From: an uncultured Acidobacteriota bacterium
Lineage (GTDB): Bacteria; Acidobacteriota; JAQAZP01
Direction of reading: 5' to 3'
Assembly (NCBI GenBank): GCA_963836075.1
Contig: CAWIIB010000009.1
Coordinates: forward strand, 864,001-928,000
DNA: 64,000 nucleotides
Positions within the stretch are counted from its first letter, which is position 1, and each line of letters begins with the position of its first letter. The notes under the pieces were generated by a model. That model was given only the letters and a program-made list of their open reading frames with translations, made no database searches and was not told where the DNA came from. Both the position numbers and the translations under genes were made by a program. Shown piece after piece: positions 9,292 through 22,640 of the stretch.

Positions 9292-9606
9292 ATGAATCTC
9301 GCCAACACGGGACGAATGAAACGCCGGCCCACCCATCCCGGCGAAATGCTGCGCGAGGACTTTCTGCCGGACTTCGGATTGACGATTTCCGGGCTCGCTC
9401 GCGTGATTTGTGTCTCCCGGCAAACAGTGAACGAGCTGTTGCGGTGTCGTCGCGCCCTGAGTCCTGAAATGGCTCTCCGCCTGGGCAAGCTGTTCGGCAA
9501 CTCGCCGGAGTTCTGGCTCAATGCCCAGCGCGCGGTCGATCTGTGGGATGCGGACCAGGCGATCAAGGATGAAGTCGCCGGCATCAAGACGCTGAGCGTC
9601 GCCTAG
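9292..9606 (+). CDS. higA: HigA antitoxin (Xre-type HTH)
   Basis: PTHPGEMLREDFL...SPEMALRL...SPEFWLNAQ; ATG at 9292. Confidence 0.92.
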   Translation: MNLANTGRMKRRPTHPGEMLREDFLPDFGLTISGLARVICVSRQTVNELLRCRRALSPEMALRLGKLFGNSPEFWLNAQRAVDLWDADQAIKDEVAGIKTLSVA

Positions 9607-9624
9607 TGTGGTGTCCCTCTGCGC

Positions 9625-9795
9625 AAAAAAACGGGGTGCCGGCAGTGGTGTAAACCGCCGGCACCCCTTATATTGCCTTCCAGACATGGTCTGGACATAA
9701 ACACTGCAGGGCTGCAGGCCCAGCAGACCGATACGCGTTCAAGCCGTCTTGGTCAGCTCGAGGGCCGTGTCCATCTCTTCGGGCAGTTCGGTCTT
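9625..9795 (-). repeat. Diverged copy of the atpC 3' end plus atp terminator (direct repeat of ~11099-11268)
   Basis: Reads KTELPEEMDTALELTKTA*TRIGLLG versus AtpC KAEMPEEVDAALDLAKTAETRIGLLGS; the GGGGTGCCGGC...GCCGGCACCCC hairpin and TTATATTGCCTTCCAGAC are also duplicated. Confidence 0.9.
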
Positions 9796-9850
9796 CACAG
9801 CGCGGGCGGTGTTGTCATGCTCCACGCCAAGGATCCTCCGGTCAGGGATA

Positions 9851-9946
9851 CGACATGTCGATGAAATCGAAAAACATCGACACGTAATGTTGACATGTCG
9901 ATGCAGGTGACATATATTCTCGACATGTATTTTCGACATGTCGACA
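9851..9946. promoter_or_regulatory. Cluster of CGACATGTCG-like palindromes upstream of fic
   Basis: Perfect copies at 9851 and 9934; variants at 9878, 9891, 9908 and 9921. Confidence 0.6.
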
Positions 9947-9964
9947 AAACGGGATTTCATCATC

Positions 9965-11080
9965 ATGACAACTCCTGGCTGGTCCCCGAACAACCCGTTC
10001 AATGATCTCCCCCCACTGACCGGCACCAGCGGTATCGAAACAAAACCCGTCTTGCGGGCCTGTATCGCTGCGCGTGCAGCTCTGGCCGAGCTCAAGCAGG
10101 CGGCCGAGCTGATCCCCAATCAAAGCATGCTGATCAACACATTGCCGCTGCTCGAGGCCCAGGCCAGTTCTGAGATCGAAAGCATCGTCACGACCACCGA
10201 CAGACTGTTCAGGAACCTCCATGGCCGCGGCGAAACTGACCCGGCCACCAGGGAAGCGCTTCGCTATCGCCAGGCCCTGATGGAGGGGTATCTCGCGCTT
10301 GAAAAACGTCCCTTGTGCACCGCCACCGCCGAAACCATCTGCAGCCGGATCCGCGGTGCGGAGATGCGGGTGCGACGCGTGCCGGGCACCAGGCTTGCCG
10401 GCGGCCTTTCCGGCGAAACGATTTACACGCCTCCGGAAGGCGAGGCCCTGCTTCGTGAATTGCTCGCGGACTGGGAACGGTTTCTGAACGAGCCGAGTGA
10501 GCTCGATCCCCTCATTCGCATGGCGGCCGGACACTACCAGTTCGAAGCGATCCATCCGTTCACCGACGGCAACGGCCGTACCGGTCGCATATTGAACAGC
10601 CTCTACCTGATTCAGGAGAACCTGCTGACCCTCCCTGTTCTCTACCTGAGCCGCTACATCATCGGTCGGAAGAATGAATACTACGACAAGCTGTTGGCCG
10701 TCACGCGAGATCGGGCCTGGGAGCCATGGCTGCTCTTCATGATCGAGGGTCTACGCGAGACGGCGGTCTGGACGAATGCCAAAATCAGCGCGATCCGGGA
10801 ACTGTCCGTCGCCACGGTCGCCCACGTTCGGAAAAGACTGCCCAAGGTGTATAGCCGTGAGCTGGTCGACCTGCTCTTCACCCAACCCTACTGCCGGATC
10901 TCAAATCTTGTGGAGGCCGGTATCGCCAGGAGACAAGCCGCATCGAAATATCTCAAGCTGTTGGCAGACATCGGTGTGCTCGAGGAACATCGGGTCGGGC
11001 GTGAGAAGATTTTCGTACATCCCCGGCTAATGGAATTGTTGACCACCGACGAGAACGATTACCGCAGCCTCGGAGAGTAG
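9965..11080 (+). CDS. fic: Fic-family adenylyltransferase with N-terminal inhibitory helix and C-terminal winged HTH
   Basis: [12 protein letters not shown] catalytic motif; SSEIES inhibitory-type motif; C-terminal [18 protein letters not shown]. Start codon uncertain (9938 or 9965). Confidence 0.9.
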   Translation: MTTPGWSPNNPFNDLPPLTGTSGIETKPVLRACIAARAALAELKQAAELIPNQSMLINTLPLLEAQASSEIESIVTTTDRLFRNLHGRGETDPATREALRYRQALMEGYLALEKRPLCTATAETICSRIRGAEMRVRRVPGTRLAGGLSGETIYTPPEGEALLRELLADWERFLNEPSELDPLIRMAAGHYQFEAIHPFTDGNGRTGRILNSLYLIQENLLTLPVLYLSRYIIGRKNEYYDKLLAVTRDRAWEPWLLFMIEGLRETAVWTNAKISAIRELSVATVAHVRKRLPKVYSRELVDLLFTQPYCRISNLVEAGIARRQAASKYLKLLADIGVLEEHRVGREKIFVHPRLMELLTTDENDYRSLGE

Positions 11081-11098
11081 CTGCCGGCCTCGGCACAT

Positions 11099-11140
11099 AA
11101 AAAACGGGGTGCCGGCGAAGGTGTAAATCGCCGGCACCCC
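11099..11140 (-). terminator. atp operon Rho-independent terminator
   Basis: GGGGTGCCGGCGA...TCGCCGGCACCCC stem with an A tract on the + strand (U tract on -). Confidence 0.8.
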
Positions 11141-11184
11141 TTATATTGCCTTCCAGACGGGGTCTGGATATGAACACTGCCGGG

Positions 11185-11589
11185 CTAGCTGCCCAGCAGA
11201 CCGATACGCGTTTCAGCCGTCTTTGCCAGATCGAGAGCCGCGTCCACCTCTTCGGGCATCTCGGCTTTGGCCAGATCTTCTTCCGACTGCTTGAGGTCGG
11301 CCCGGGCCTTGTCCCCGTCGATTTCGTCGGCAGCCTCGGCCTCGTTGGCCATCAGGGTCACCCGGTCGGGGAACACCTGGACAAAGCCGCCGTTGACCAT
11401 GAAGCGTTTCTCCTGGCCGTTGATCTGGACCCGCACTTCGCCGATGCCCAGTTCGGCCACCAGCGGCGTGTGCTCGGGCAGCACGCCCATGTAGCCGTCG
11501 GTTGCCGGGAAGTTGACCTCGGAGGCCTCTTCATCGGCCAGCGGCCGCTCGGGCGTCATGATCTCGACCTTGATCTTGTTGTCGGACAT
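11185..11589 (-). CDS. atpC: ATP synthase F1 epsilon
   Basis: EIMTPER, GYMGVLPEHTPL, GGFVQV; operon position. Confidence 0.95.
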   Translation of the reverse strand: MSDNKIKVEIMTPERPLADEEASEVNFPATDGYMGVLPEHTPLVAELGIGEVRVQINGQEKRFMVNGGFVQVFPDRVTLMANEAEAADEIDGDKARADLKQSEEDLAKAEMPEEVDAALDLAKTAETRIGLLGS

Positions 11590-11595
11590 CGGTGG

Positions 11596-13927
<2,332 letters not shown>

Positions 13928-13929
13928 GG

Positions 13930-15996
<2,067 letters not shown>

Positions 15997-16000
<4 letters not shown>

Positions 16001-16602
16001 TTTTCGCCTCCTACCCGCTCGAGGCTGGCGGTGAGTATCCGCCCGCGGTCCTCGTCGTTGATCGCTTCACGCACCAGCTTCTCCGCCGTCTCGATGGAGA
16101 GCTCGGCAGCGTATTCGCGCAGCTGGCGCCGGGCGCTCTTGCCCATGTTTTCAAGGTCCTTGGCCGTCTGCCGCTCGATGCGCTCGCATTCGGCCTGGGC
16201 CTGGGCCACCATGTTGCGCCCCAGCTCTTCGGCGTCGTTACCGCCCTTGGCCCGCATCTCGGCCAGCTCCTGCTCGAGGTTCGCCACCTTGCTCCGGGCC
16301 TCGGCCAGCTCGGCCTGGGCCTGGTCCCGCGCGTCGCGGGCGTCGTCGAGTTCTTTGGTGATGTTTTCGGAGCGGGAGCGGAGGAAGGAGGCGATGGGCT
16401 TGGCCAGGAAATATCCCAGCGCACCAAAGAAGATGATGAAGTTGACCGTTTTCCAGAACAGGATGCCCCAGTTGATTCCATGGTGCTCGCCGTGCCCTGC
16501 GTCCTCGCCGTGCCCGCCGGTTTCGGCCAGGCCCGTCGCCGGGGCCAGCAGCATCAGCAGCACCACTGCCGCCGCAAGGAATATCAAGGAAGTTCGTTTC
16601 AT
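15997..16602 (-). CDS. atpF: ATP synthase F0 subunit b
   Basis: VNFIIFFGAL...KPIASFLRSR followed by coiled coil; His-rich N-terminal extension. Confidence 0.88.
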
Positions 16603-16640
16603 CAGCGATGTCTCCGATTCGGTGGTTGTCTCGGTCTCGA

Positions 16641-17090
16641 TCAGGCCAGCGGGCGCCCGAGCACCTGCTCCGCTATCTGGCGTGCCATCAGCGGAATCTC
16701 CTGGGCCATCGACTCACGGGCCGTGGCCATCTCCTGCTCGAGCTCGGTCGCTTTCTCTTCCTTGATGTTGTTCAGCCGGGTGGTGGTGGCTTCAAGCTTC
16801 ACCCGGGCCTCCTCCTGGGCCTGCGATCGCGCGGCGTCCTTCATCCTGACCACGTCGGAGCGAACGTTGAGCAGACCCTGCTTTCGTTCGTCCTCCAGGC
16901 GTTCCAGCTCGCCGGAGGAGGAGCCTGCCTCGTGGAGCAGGCTCTCCTTGTCGCTGGCCCGCTTGGAAGCGATGGCCAGCAGCGGCTCGAAGAGGTTCTT
17001 CTTCAGGAGCCAGATCATGATCAGGATGGCCACCGCAACGATAATGCCCTGGGGGTACTGTTCCTTGACCGCGAGAATGATGTCTTCCAT
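16641..17090 (-). CDS. ATP synthase F0 subunit b'
   Basis: Single TM helix, LFEPLL..ASKR, coiled coil ending QVLGR; first gene of the operon. Confidence 0.8.
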   Translation of the reverse strand: MEDIILAVKEQYPQGIIVAVAILIMIWLLKKNLFEPLLAIASKRASDKESLLHEAGSSSGELERLEDERKQGLLNVRSDVVRMKDAARSQAQEEARVKLEATTTRLNNIKEEKATELEQEMATARESMAQEIPLMARQIAEQVLGRPLA

Positions 17091-17415
17091 CTCCGGGGCC
17101 CCCTTCGGTTATTGCGATACCAAAAATTGTGAATAGAAAAAAATAAAAGCCCACCGGGCGCCCATAGCCCCCCGAAGGTGCTCTTCGAATCATCTAAGTC
17201 GTTGTGAAAAAAATCACTTGTCCCCGTCAACCGACACCTCGGGCGTGCCGAAGACGGCAAAAGACTCGAAAATCTAACATAGAACCATAATCGAGTCAAT
17301 GAATTCGGGGGATTTTGGGTCTGTTTTCAACAGGTTGAAGAAAGGGATATTCCCCAGGGGGGAAAACCGGGTCCGCGCCCCCGAAGGAGCCCGGAAAACA
17401 TGGTTGGAATGGGGA

Positions 17416-18936
17416 TTACGGCGCCACCCCGGTCACCGTACAAGCTGCTGTATCCGTGTCCCCTGTCGCCGGGTACGGCGGCTGGTTGTAAGGGGCCGGA
17501 GTTACGTCCTCAGCCACCAGGGTGAAGACGTTGTCACCCGCCAGCGACCCGAGAGCCGGGATGTTCTGGACCCAGGAGGTGAGATAGCTGTCGCTGGCAC
17601 CCACGTTGGTGTAACCGGCACGCCAGTTGTTGTATCCCTGGCCGCCGGCCAGTGTGACATTGATCTTCCCCGCGATCCGTCGTGTTAACCCAGGGTAGAG
17701 ATTTTCCAGTTCAACAAACATGGTGCTCTGAAAGGGGAGTGTGCCGCTGGACGGCACACAGCCGAACGAAGCGGACAAAGTGATCCCTGCCGGTGAGTGG
17801 TAGCCCATGTCCGCCTGCCCCGTGTCACCGAAGCCATCGCTGCGCGTGGCCACGTCATCGAGGCAGACGACACCGGTTGGCGGCGATGCGCAGATACTCG
17901 CCGCCAGGTCGCTGCCCGCATCGACGCAGGGACTGTCCGCGGCCTGGCCCGCGGCAATCTGGGAAAGGTAGTAGTCGCCGCCAGGGCCGCTGACGAAGAG
18001 CGGGTCGAGGTCGATATTCCCTGTGCCGGGATACACGCCCCCAATATCGCAATAGTCGATCGTGCCGTAGTAGGCATAGATATCGCTTGAGAAATTTCCC
18101 CAGATTATCGAGTCGCGCAGCGTGATGATCGACTCTTCGTTGGCGTAGATGCCGGTGGCATAACCGCCGCCCACATTGTCCACGATGGTACAGCCGATGA
18201 TCGTCGCGTGGCACTGGCCGTAGTAAGAGCCGTAGAGGTAGATGGCGCCGCTCTGCCCATACAGCCAATTGTAACTGTTGTTGCCGTAAATCAGGTTGTT
18301 GAAGATCAGCGGCTCGGCGACATCATAGACCATGATGGCGCCGCTGTATTCACCGGTGTTGTAAGAGATCTCGTTGGAGATGATCAGCGGAGATCCAGAC
18401 ACGAACATCGCGCCGCCAAGGTCGAAACCCTCGTTGTTGGTGATCACGTTGCCGATGATGGTAGGCGATGCACCACAATAGATCCCGGCCACCGAATCGC
18501 TGAGAAAATTAGTGATGGTGAAACCACGGAGAACCGAATCGGGGCCCTCCCCGCTCTCGAACCAGAATGCGATGTGCTCTTCGACCCCCCATTCCCCGAG
18601 CCCGTCAAGGATGCAACTGGCCGGCCCGTTGGCCGAAGCGACAGTGATCGCCTTGCCATGGAAGTCGACCTCCCAGTTGCCGTCCCCGCTGTACGTGCCG
18701 TCGGCCACCAGCACCGTGTCGCCGTTCAGTGCGGCATTGATCCCTTCCTGGATGGCATCGTAAGGATGGTCGAGGGACCCATCCTCCAGCGGATCACTGA
18801 CCGTCGGATCGCCCGGGCCAGGGTCGTTCGGTGCGTCGTCGTCCACGTGGATGGTGGTCTGTGCGTGGAGCGTTGCGGTGAAGAGCATCATCGTCAGAGC
18901 GATGACAAGAACTGACACTGGAACACGGGATTTCAT
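17416..18936 (-). CDS. Secreted right-handed beta-helix repeat protein with conserved C-terminal domain (paralog 1)
   Basis: Signal peptide; VDDDAPNDPGPGDP...HPYDAIQEGI; GGA/GAI-Asn repeats; C-terminus DVTPAPYNQPPYPATGDTDTAACTVTGVAP. Confidence 0.85.
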   Translation of the reverse strand: MKSRVPVSVLVIALTMMLFTATLHAQTTIHVDDDAPNDPGPGDPTVSDPLEDGSLDHPYDAIQEGINAALNGDTVLVADGTYSGDGNWEVDFHGKAITVASANGPASCILDGLGEWGVEEHIAFWFESGEGPDSVLRGFTITNFLSDSVAGIYCGASPTIIGNVITNNEGFDLGGAMFVSGSPLIISNEISYNTGEYSGAIMVYDVAEPLIFNNLIYGNNSYNWLYGQSGAIYLYGSYYGQCHATIIGCTIVDNVGGGYATGIYANEESIITLRDSIIWGNFSSDIYAYYGTIDYCDIGGVYPGTGNIDLDPLFVSGPGGDYYLSQIAAGQAADSPCVDAGSDLAASICASPPTGVVCLDDVATRSDGFGDTGQADMGYHSPAGITLSASFGCVPSSGTLPFQSTMFVELENLYPGLTRRIAGKINVTLAGGQGYNNWRAGYTNVGASDSYLTSWVQNIPALGSLAGDNVFTLVAEDVTPAPYNQPPYPATGDTDTAACTVTGVAP

Positions 18937-18955
18937 CAGAATCTCTCCTCATCGT

Positions 18956-20881
18956 TCATGGGTTGACCCCAGTCACCGTACACCATGCCCTGTCAGTGCT
19001 GCCCGACGGCGAGTAGGGCGGCTGGTTGTACGGCGCCGGTGTCACGTCGGCCACCACCAGGGTGAACTTGTTCTCACCGATCACCGACCCGGTGGCCGGG
19101 ATCTGCTGGCTCCAGTTAAAGGCGAATGCCTCGCCCGGATCGAGCACCAGGTAGCCGGCCCGCCAGCTGGGGTAGTAGCTCCCGTTGGCCAGTGCCACAT
19201 TGAGCTTGCCCGAGGCCTGCCGAAACTCGCCGGCCAGCTCGTTCTGCATGCCCACCGAGATGAGCGTGCCAAAGGGGACCGTCCCCTCTGATGGCGTACA
19301 GGAGAGGCTCGCACCGATCCGGCTGAAGACCGGGTGGTGGGCGCCCATGTCGGCCGTGCCCTGGTCGTTGATCTCGTCGGTGCGGGTGGAGCGCTGGCTG
19401 AGGCAGATGGTGCCGTCGAACGGCTTCCAGCAGACTGCATCCGCCGGAGCCGAACCCGTGTCGAGGCAGGGGCTGTCGGTTGCCTGGCCCGCGGCAACCT
19501 GCGAGAGGTAGAAGTCACCATTGGGGCCGCTGACAAAGAGCGGGTCGGTGTCGATATTCCCACCGCCAAGGTGAATCGTGCTGCCGGCCTGCACATGAAT
19601 GGAGGCCTGCCCGCCTTCCACGTCAGTATGGTCGATGCTCAGCGAACTCGGTGCCGTTACGGTGCCCACAAAGCAGGCGGGGGCGCCCAGCAGGGCACTA
19701 TTGCCCCAGAGGATCGAGTCGCGAATGGTGATGTGCGCATCGCGGAACTGGCTGGTCCCGCCACCCCAGGCCTGGGTGCTGTTCTGGTGGAGCGTGCATG
19801 CCCCGACAAAGACCGTTGACATGTAGCAGTGTATGGCACCGCCATAGTCGATTGCCTGGTTGCCGGTGATAAGGGTATCCATTACCTCGCAGGTGAGGTC
19901 CGGGCTGCATTCGGTGAAACAGAGGCCTCCACCCTTGATCTCGGCGCTGTTCCCGTCAAAGATGCACGATGCAAAAAGCAGGGACGAGCGTCCCACGCAA
20001 GCGCCTCCGCCATCCAGGGAGGCCGAGTTGCCGGAGAACCGGCAGTTGAGGATTGATGCTTTCTCGCACTCCCAGACCCGCAGGCCCCCTCCGCTACCGT
20101 CCTCCGTGCTGTTGTCAACAAACACCGTGTCTCTGATCATCACATCCGCCGAAGTGCCGATATTGATCCCTGCTCCGCCCGGTACCCCGACCCCAACAAA
20201 AATCGTGTTGCCCTCGAACCGGCAGCGGTCGATCAACACCGTTCCGCAACCGGAAATGAGCAGCCCCCCGCCATACGCGGTGGTGTTGTTGCCCTCGAAG
20301 CGACAGTCGACAATGGTGGGGTTGCCGTTGGTGCAGCGCATTCCCCCCCCGGCATCATTCGCATGGCAGTCACGAACTACGCAATCCCTGACCACCGGCG
20401 ACGTGCCACGGCAACTGATACCGCCGGACGTCTGGGTGTAGGAGGTGGTGTACCCGTTTTGTACCGTGAACCCTTCCAGCACCGTGTCGGGGCCTTCCCC
20501 CGAAATGATATAGAAGCCGGTGTGCAGGTCGAACTCACTTGCCTCACAGTCCACCACGCAGGTGTCCGGACCGTTGAGTGAACGGACCGTGATCGCCTTG
20601 CCCAGGAAGTCGATGTCACGGTTGCCCTGGCCGGTGTAGAGACCGGGGCCCACGATGACTTCGTCCCCGCCCGCCGCTGCGTCGATCCCCTCCTGGATGG
20701 CATCGTACGGATGGTCGAGGGATCCGTCCTCCAGGGGGTCGCTGACCAGCGGGTCGCCCGGGCCCGGATCGCCCGGTGCGGCGTCGTCCACGTAGATGGT
20801 GGCCTGGGCGTGCAGGGGGGCGGTGAACGGCAGCAGCGCGAGCAAGAGGAGCGCTACCAGAACCGGGATACGGGATTTCAT
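18956..20881 (-). CDS. Secreted right-handed beta-helix repeat protein with conserved C-terminal domain (paralog 2)
   Basis: Same N-cap; Cys-rich CRFEGN/GGG repeats; C-terminus DVTPAPYNQPPYSPSGSTDRAWCTVTGVNP. Confidence 0.85.
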   Translation of the reverse strand: MKSRIPVLVALLLLALLPFTAPLHAQATIYVDDAAPGDPGPGDPLVSDPLEDGSLDHPYDAIQEGIDAAAGGDEVIVGPGLYTGQGNRDIDFLGKAITVRSLNGPDTCVVDCEASEFDLHTGFYIISGEGPDTVLEGFTVQNGYTTSYTQTSGGISCRGTSPVVRDCVVRDCHANDAGGGMRCTNGNPTIVDCRFEGNNTTAYGGGLLISGCGTVLIDRCRFEGNTIFVGVGVPGGAGINIGTSADVMIRDTVFVDNSTEDGSGGGLRVWECEKASILNCRFSGNSASLDGGGACVGRSSLLFASCIFDGNSAEIKGGGLCFTECSPDLTCEVMDTLITGNQAIDYGGAIHCYMSTVFVGACTLHQNSTQAWGGGTSQFRDAHITIRDSILWGNSALLGAPACFVGTVTAPSSLSIDHTDVEGGQASIHVQAGSTIHLGGGNIDTDPLFVSGPNGDFYLSQVAAGQATDSPCLDTGSAPADAVCWKPFDGTICLSQRSTRTDEINDQGTADMGAHHPVFSRIGASLSCTPSEGTVPFGTLISVGMQNELAGEFRQASGKLNVALANGSYYPSWRAGYLVLDPGEAFAFNWSQQIPATGSVIGENKFTLVVADVTPAPYNQPPYSPSGSTDRAWCTVTGVNP

Positions 20882-20928
20882 CAGGATATCCTCACACTGT
20901 TGAAAAGTTCCATCGCATCAAACGTCCA

Positions 20929-22624
20929 TCATGGCGCCACGCCGGTCACGGTGCAGGCGGCAGCGGCGCTGTCCCCGGCCGGGGGATAGGGCGGCTGGTT
21001 GTAAGGCGGCGGGGTCACGTCCGCCACGGTGAACAGGAAGCCGGTCTCACCGACCAGCGTCCTCAGGTTTGGTATGGCCTGCCACCAGCTGGTGGTGCGG
21101 GTCTGGCCGGCCGGGACGTTCTGCCAGCCCCGCCGCCAGGATGAGTCGGTACTGGCCGCCGGCCAGGGTGACATCGATCTTGTGCTGCACGCGCCGTGTC
21201 TGGCCGGCATAGGTGTTGGTCAGCGAGAGCGTGAACTGGCTGGAGAAGGGCAGCGTGCCGGCGGCCGGACTGCAGGCCATGGATGCCGCCACGGTTCCCG
21301 GCGCGGCCGGGTAGTGGTAGCCAAGGTCGGCAATGCCGGTATCGGCCACACCGCTGGTGCGGGTGGTGAGGGTGTCCAGGCAGAGGGTTTCGTCCCCGCC
21401 GCCGGTGCAGATGTTCATGGCCAGGTCGCTTCCCGCGTCGAGGCCGGGGCTGTCCTCGGCCTGGCCGTCCGCGGTCTGGCTCAGGTAGTGCTCTCCATGG
21501 GGACCGGCAATGAACAGCGGGTCGCCGGTGAGCACCGGGCTGGCCTGGATCAGGGTCATGTGGCCCACCCGCACGGTGGAGCTGGCGTCCCTGATCAGAC
21601 AGTGGTCCAGCGTGGCCGTGACCGCGCCGGAGATGCTGGGGCCCTCGCTGCCCAGCCAGAGGTTTGCCCCTTCGCCGGCCAGGTTGTGGGCAACGATGCA
21701 GTCGACGAGATCCACCGTGCAGGTTTCAAGTGAACCGGAGACCGCCAGGCAGATCCCGCCACCGTCGCCGTCAACAGTGCCGGCGCTGTTTCCCGCAATG
21801 GTGCTGTTGCGCAGAGTGGTCACCCCGCTGTCGGTGTCGAGGTCCAGGCCGTAGAGCCCGCCGCCGCTGAGATCGGCATGGTTGCCCGCCAGCAGGTTGT
21901 TGGCCAGGGACGCCGGTTCGGCGGAGATGAGGCAGATCCCGCCGCCATGCTCAGCGGCAAGGTTGCCGGTGATCCGGTTGTGATCGATTCGCGGGCTGCC
22001 CCCCACCGCCAGCAAGCCGCCGCCCTGGGTGGCGCTGTTTCCCGAAAGTGTGTTGCCCGTGATCCGCGCCGCGGAATCGAGGCAGCAGATCCCGGCGCCG
22101 CCGGTACAGCCGGTGACCACGTTGCCGATGATGGTGGGCGAACCGCCGTCGATGTAGATGCCGTGGGGATGGCCGGGCGCCCCCTCGTCATCCGAGGCCC
22201 CGGTGATGGTCAGCCCCTGGAGGACGGAGGCCGCCACCTCGCCGCTGACAAACTCGAACCCGAAACGGTCCAGGCCGGAGACCCCCTCGCAGTCCACCGT
22301 GCAGTTCTGCGGCCCGTTGGCCGACCGCACGGTGATCTTCCTGCCCAGGAAGCTCAGGTCATGGTTGCCGGCGCCGGCATACCGCCCGTCGGCCAGCAGC
22401 ACGACGCTGCCGGTGGCCGCGGCGTCCATCGCCTCCTGGATGGCGTCATAGGGGTGGTCCGGCGAACCGTCCTCCAGCGGGTCGCTGATGGCGGGGTCGC
22501 CCGGGCCGGGGTCGCCGGGCGCATCGTCGTCCACGTGGATGGTGGTCTGGGCCTGGAGCGGGACAGCGAAGAGCAGCAGCGCAAGCACCACGAGTAATGC
22601 TCGTTCGATGGTGCTGAGTTTCAT
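20929..22624 (-). CDS. Secreted beta-helix repeat protein (paralog 3) with a +1 frameshift at ~21148 inside the C-terminal domain
   Basis: ORF 21047..22624 ending DVTLAGGQY joins ORF 20929..21210 DSSWRRGWQNV; removing one base restores alignment to paralog 4 GGQDHSSWRRGWQNV. Confidence 0.8.
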
Positions 22625-22640
22625 TCCGGACCTCGTTTCC

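Noticed and set aside
9739-10119. 126-aa minus-strand ORF ending in an AtpC-like tail
   Set aside because: Chance read-through across the fic upstream region into the duplicated atpC fragment.
8079-11080. Integron cassette array
   Set aside because: No integrase and no attC-like sites recognised by eye.
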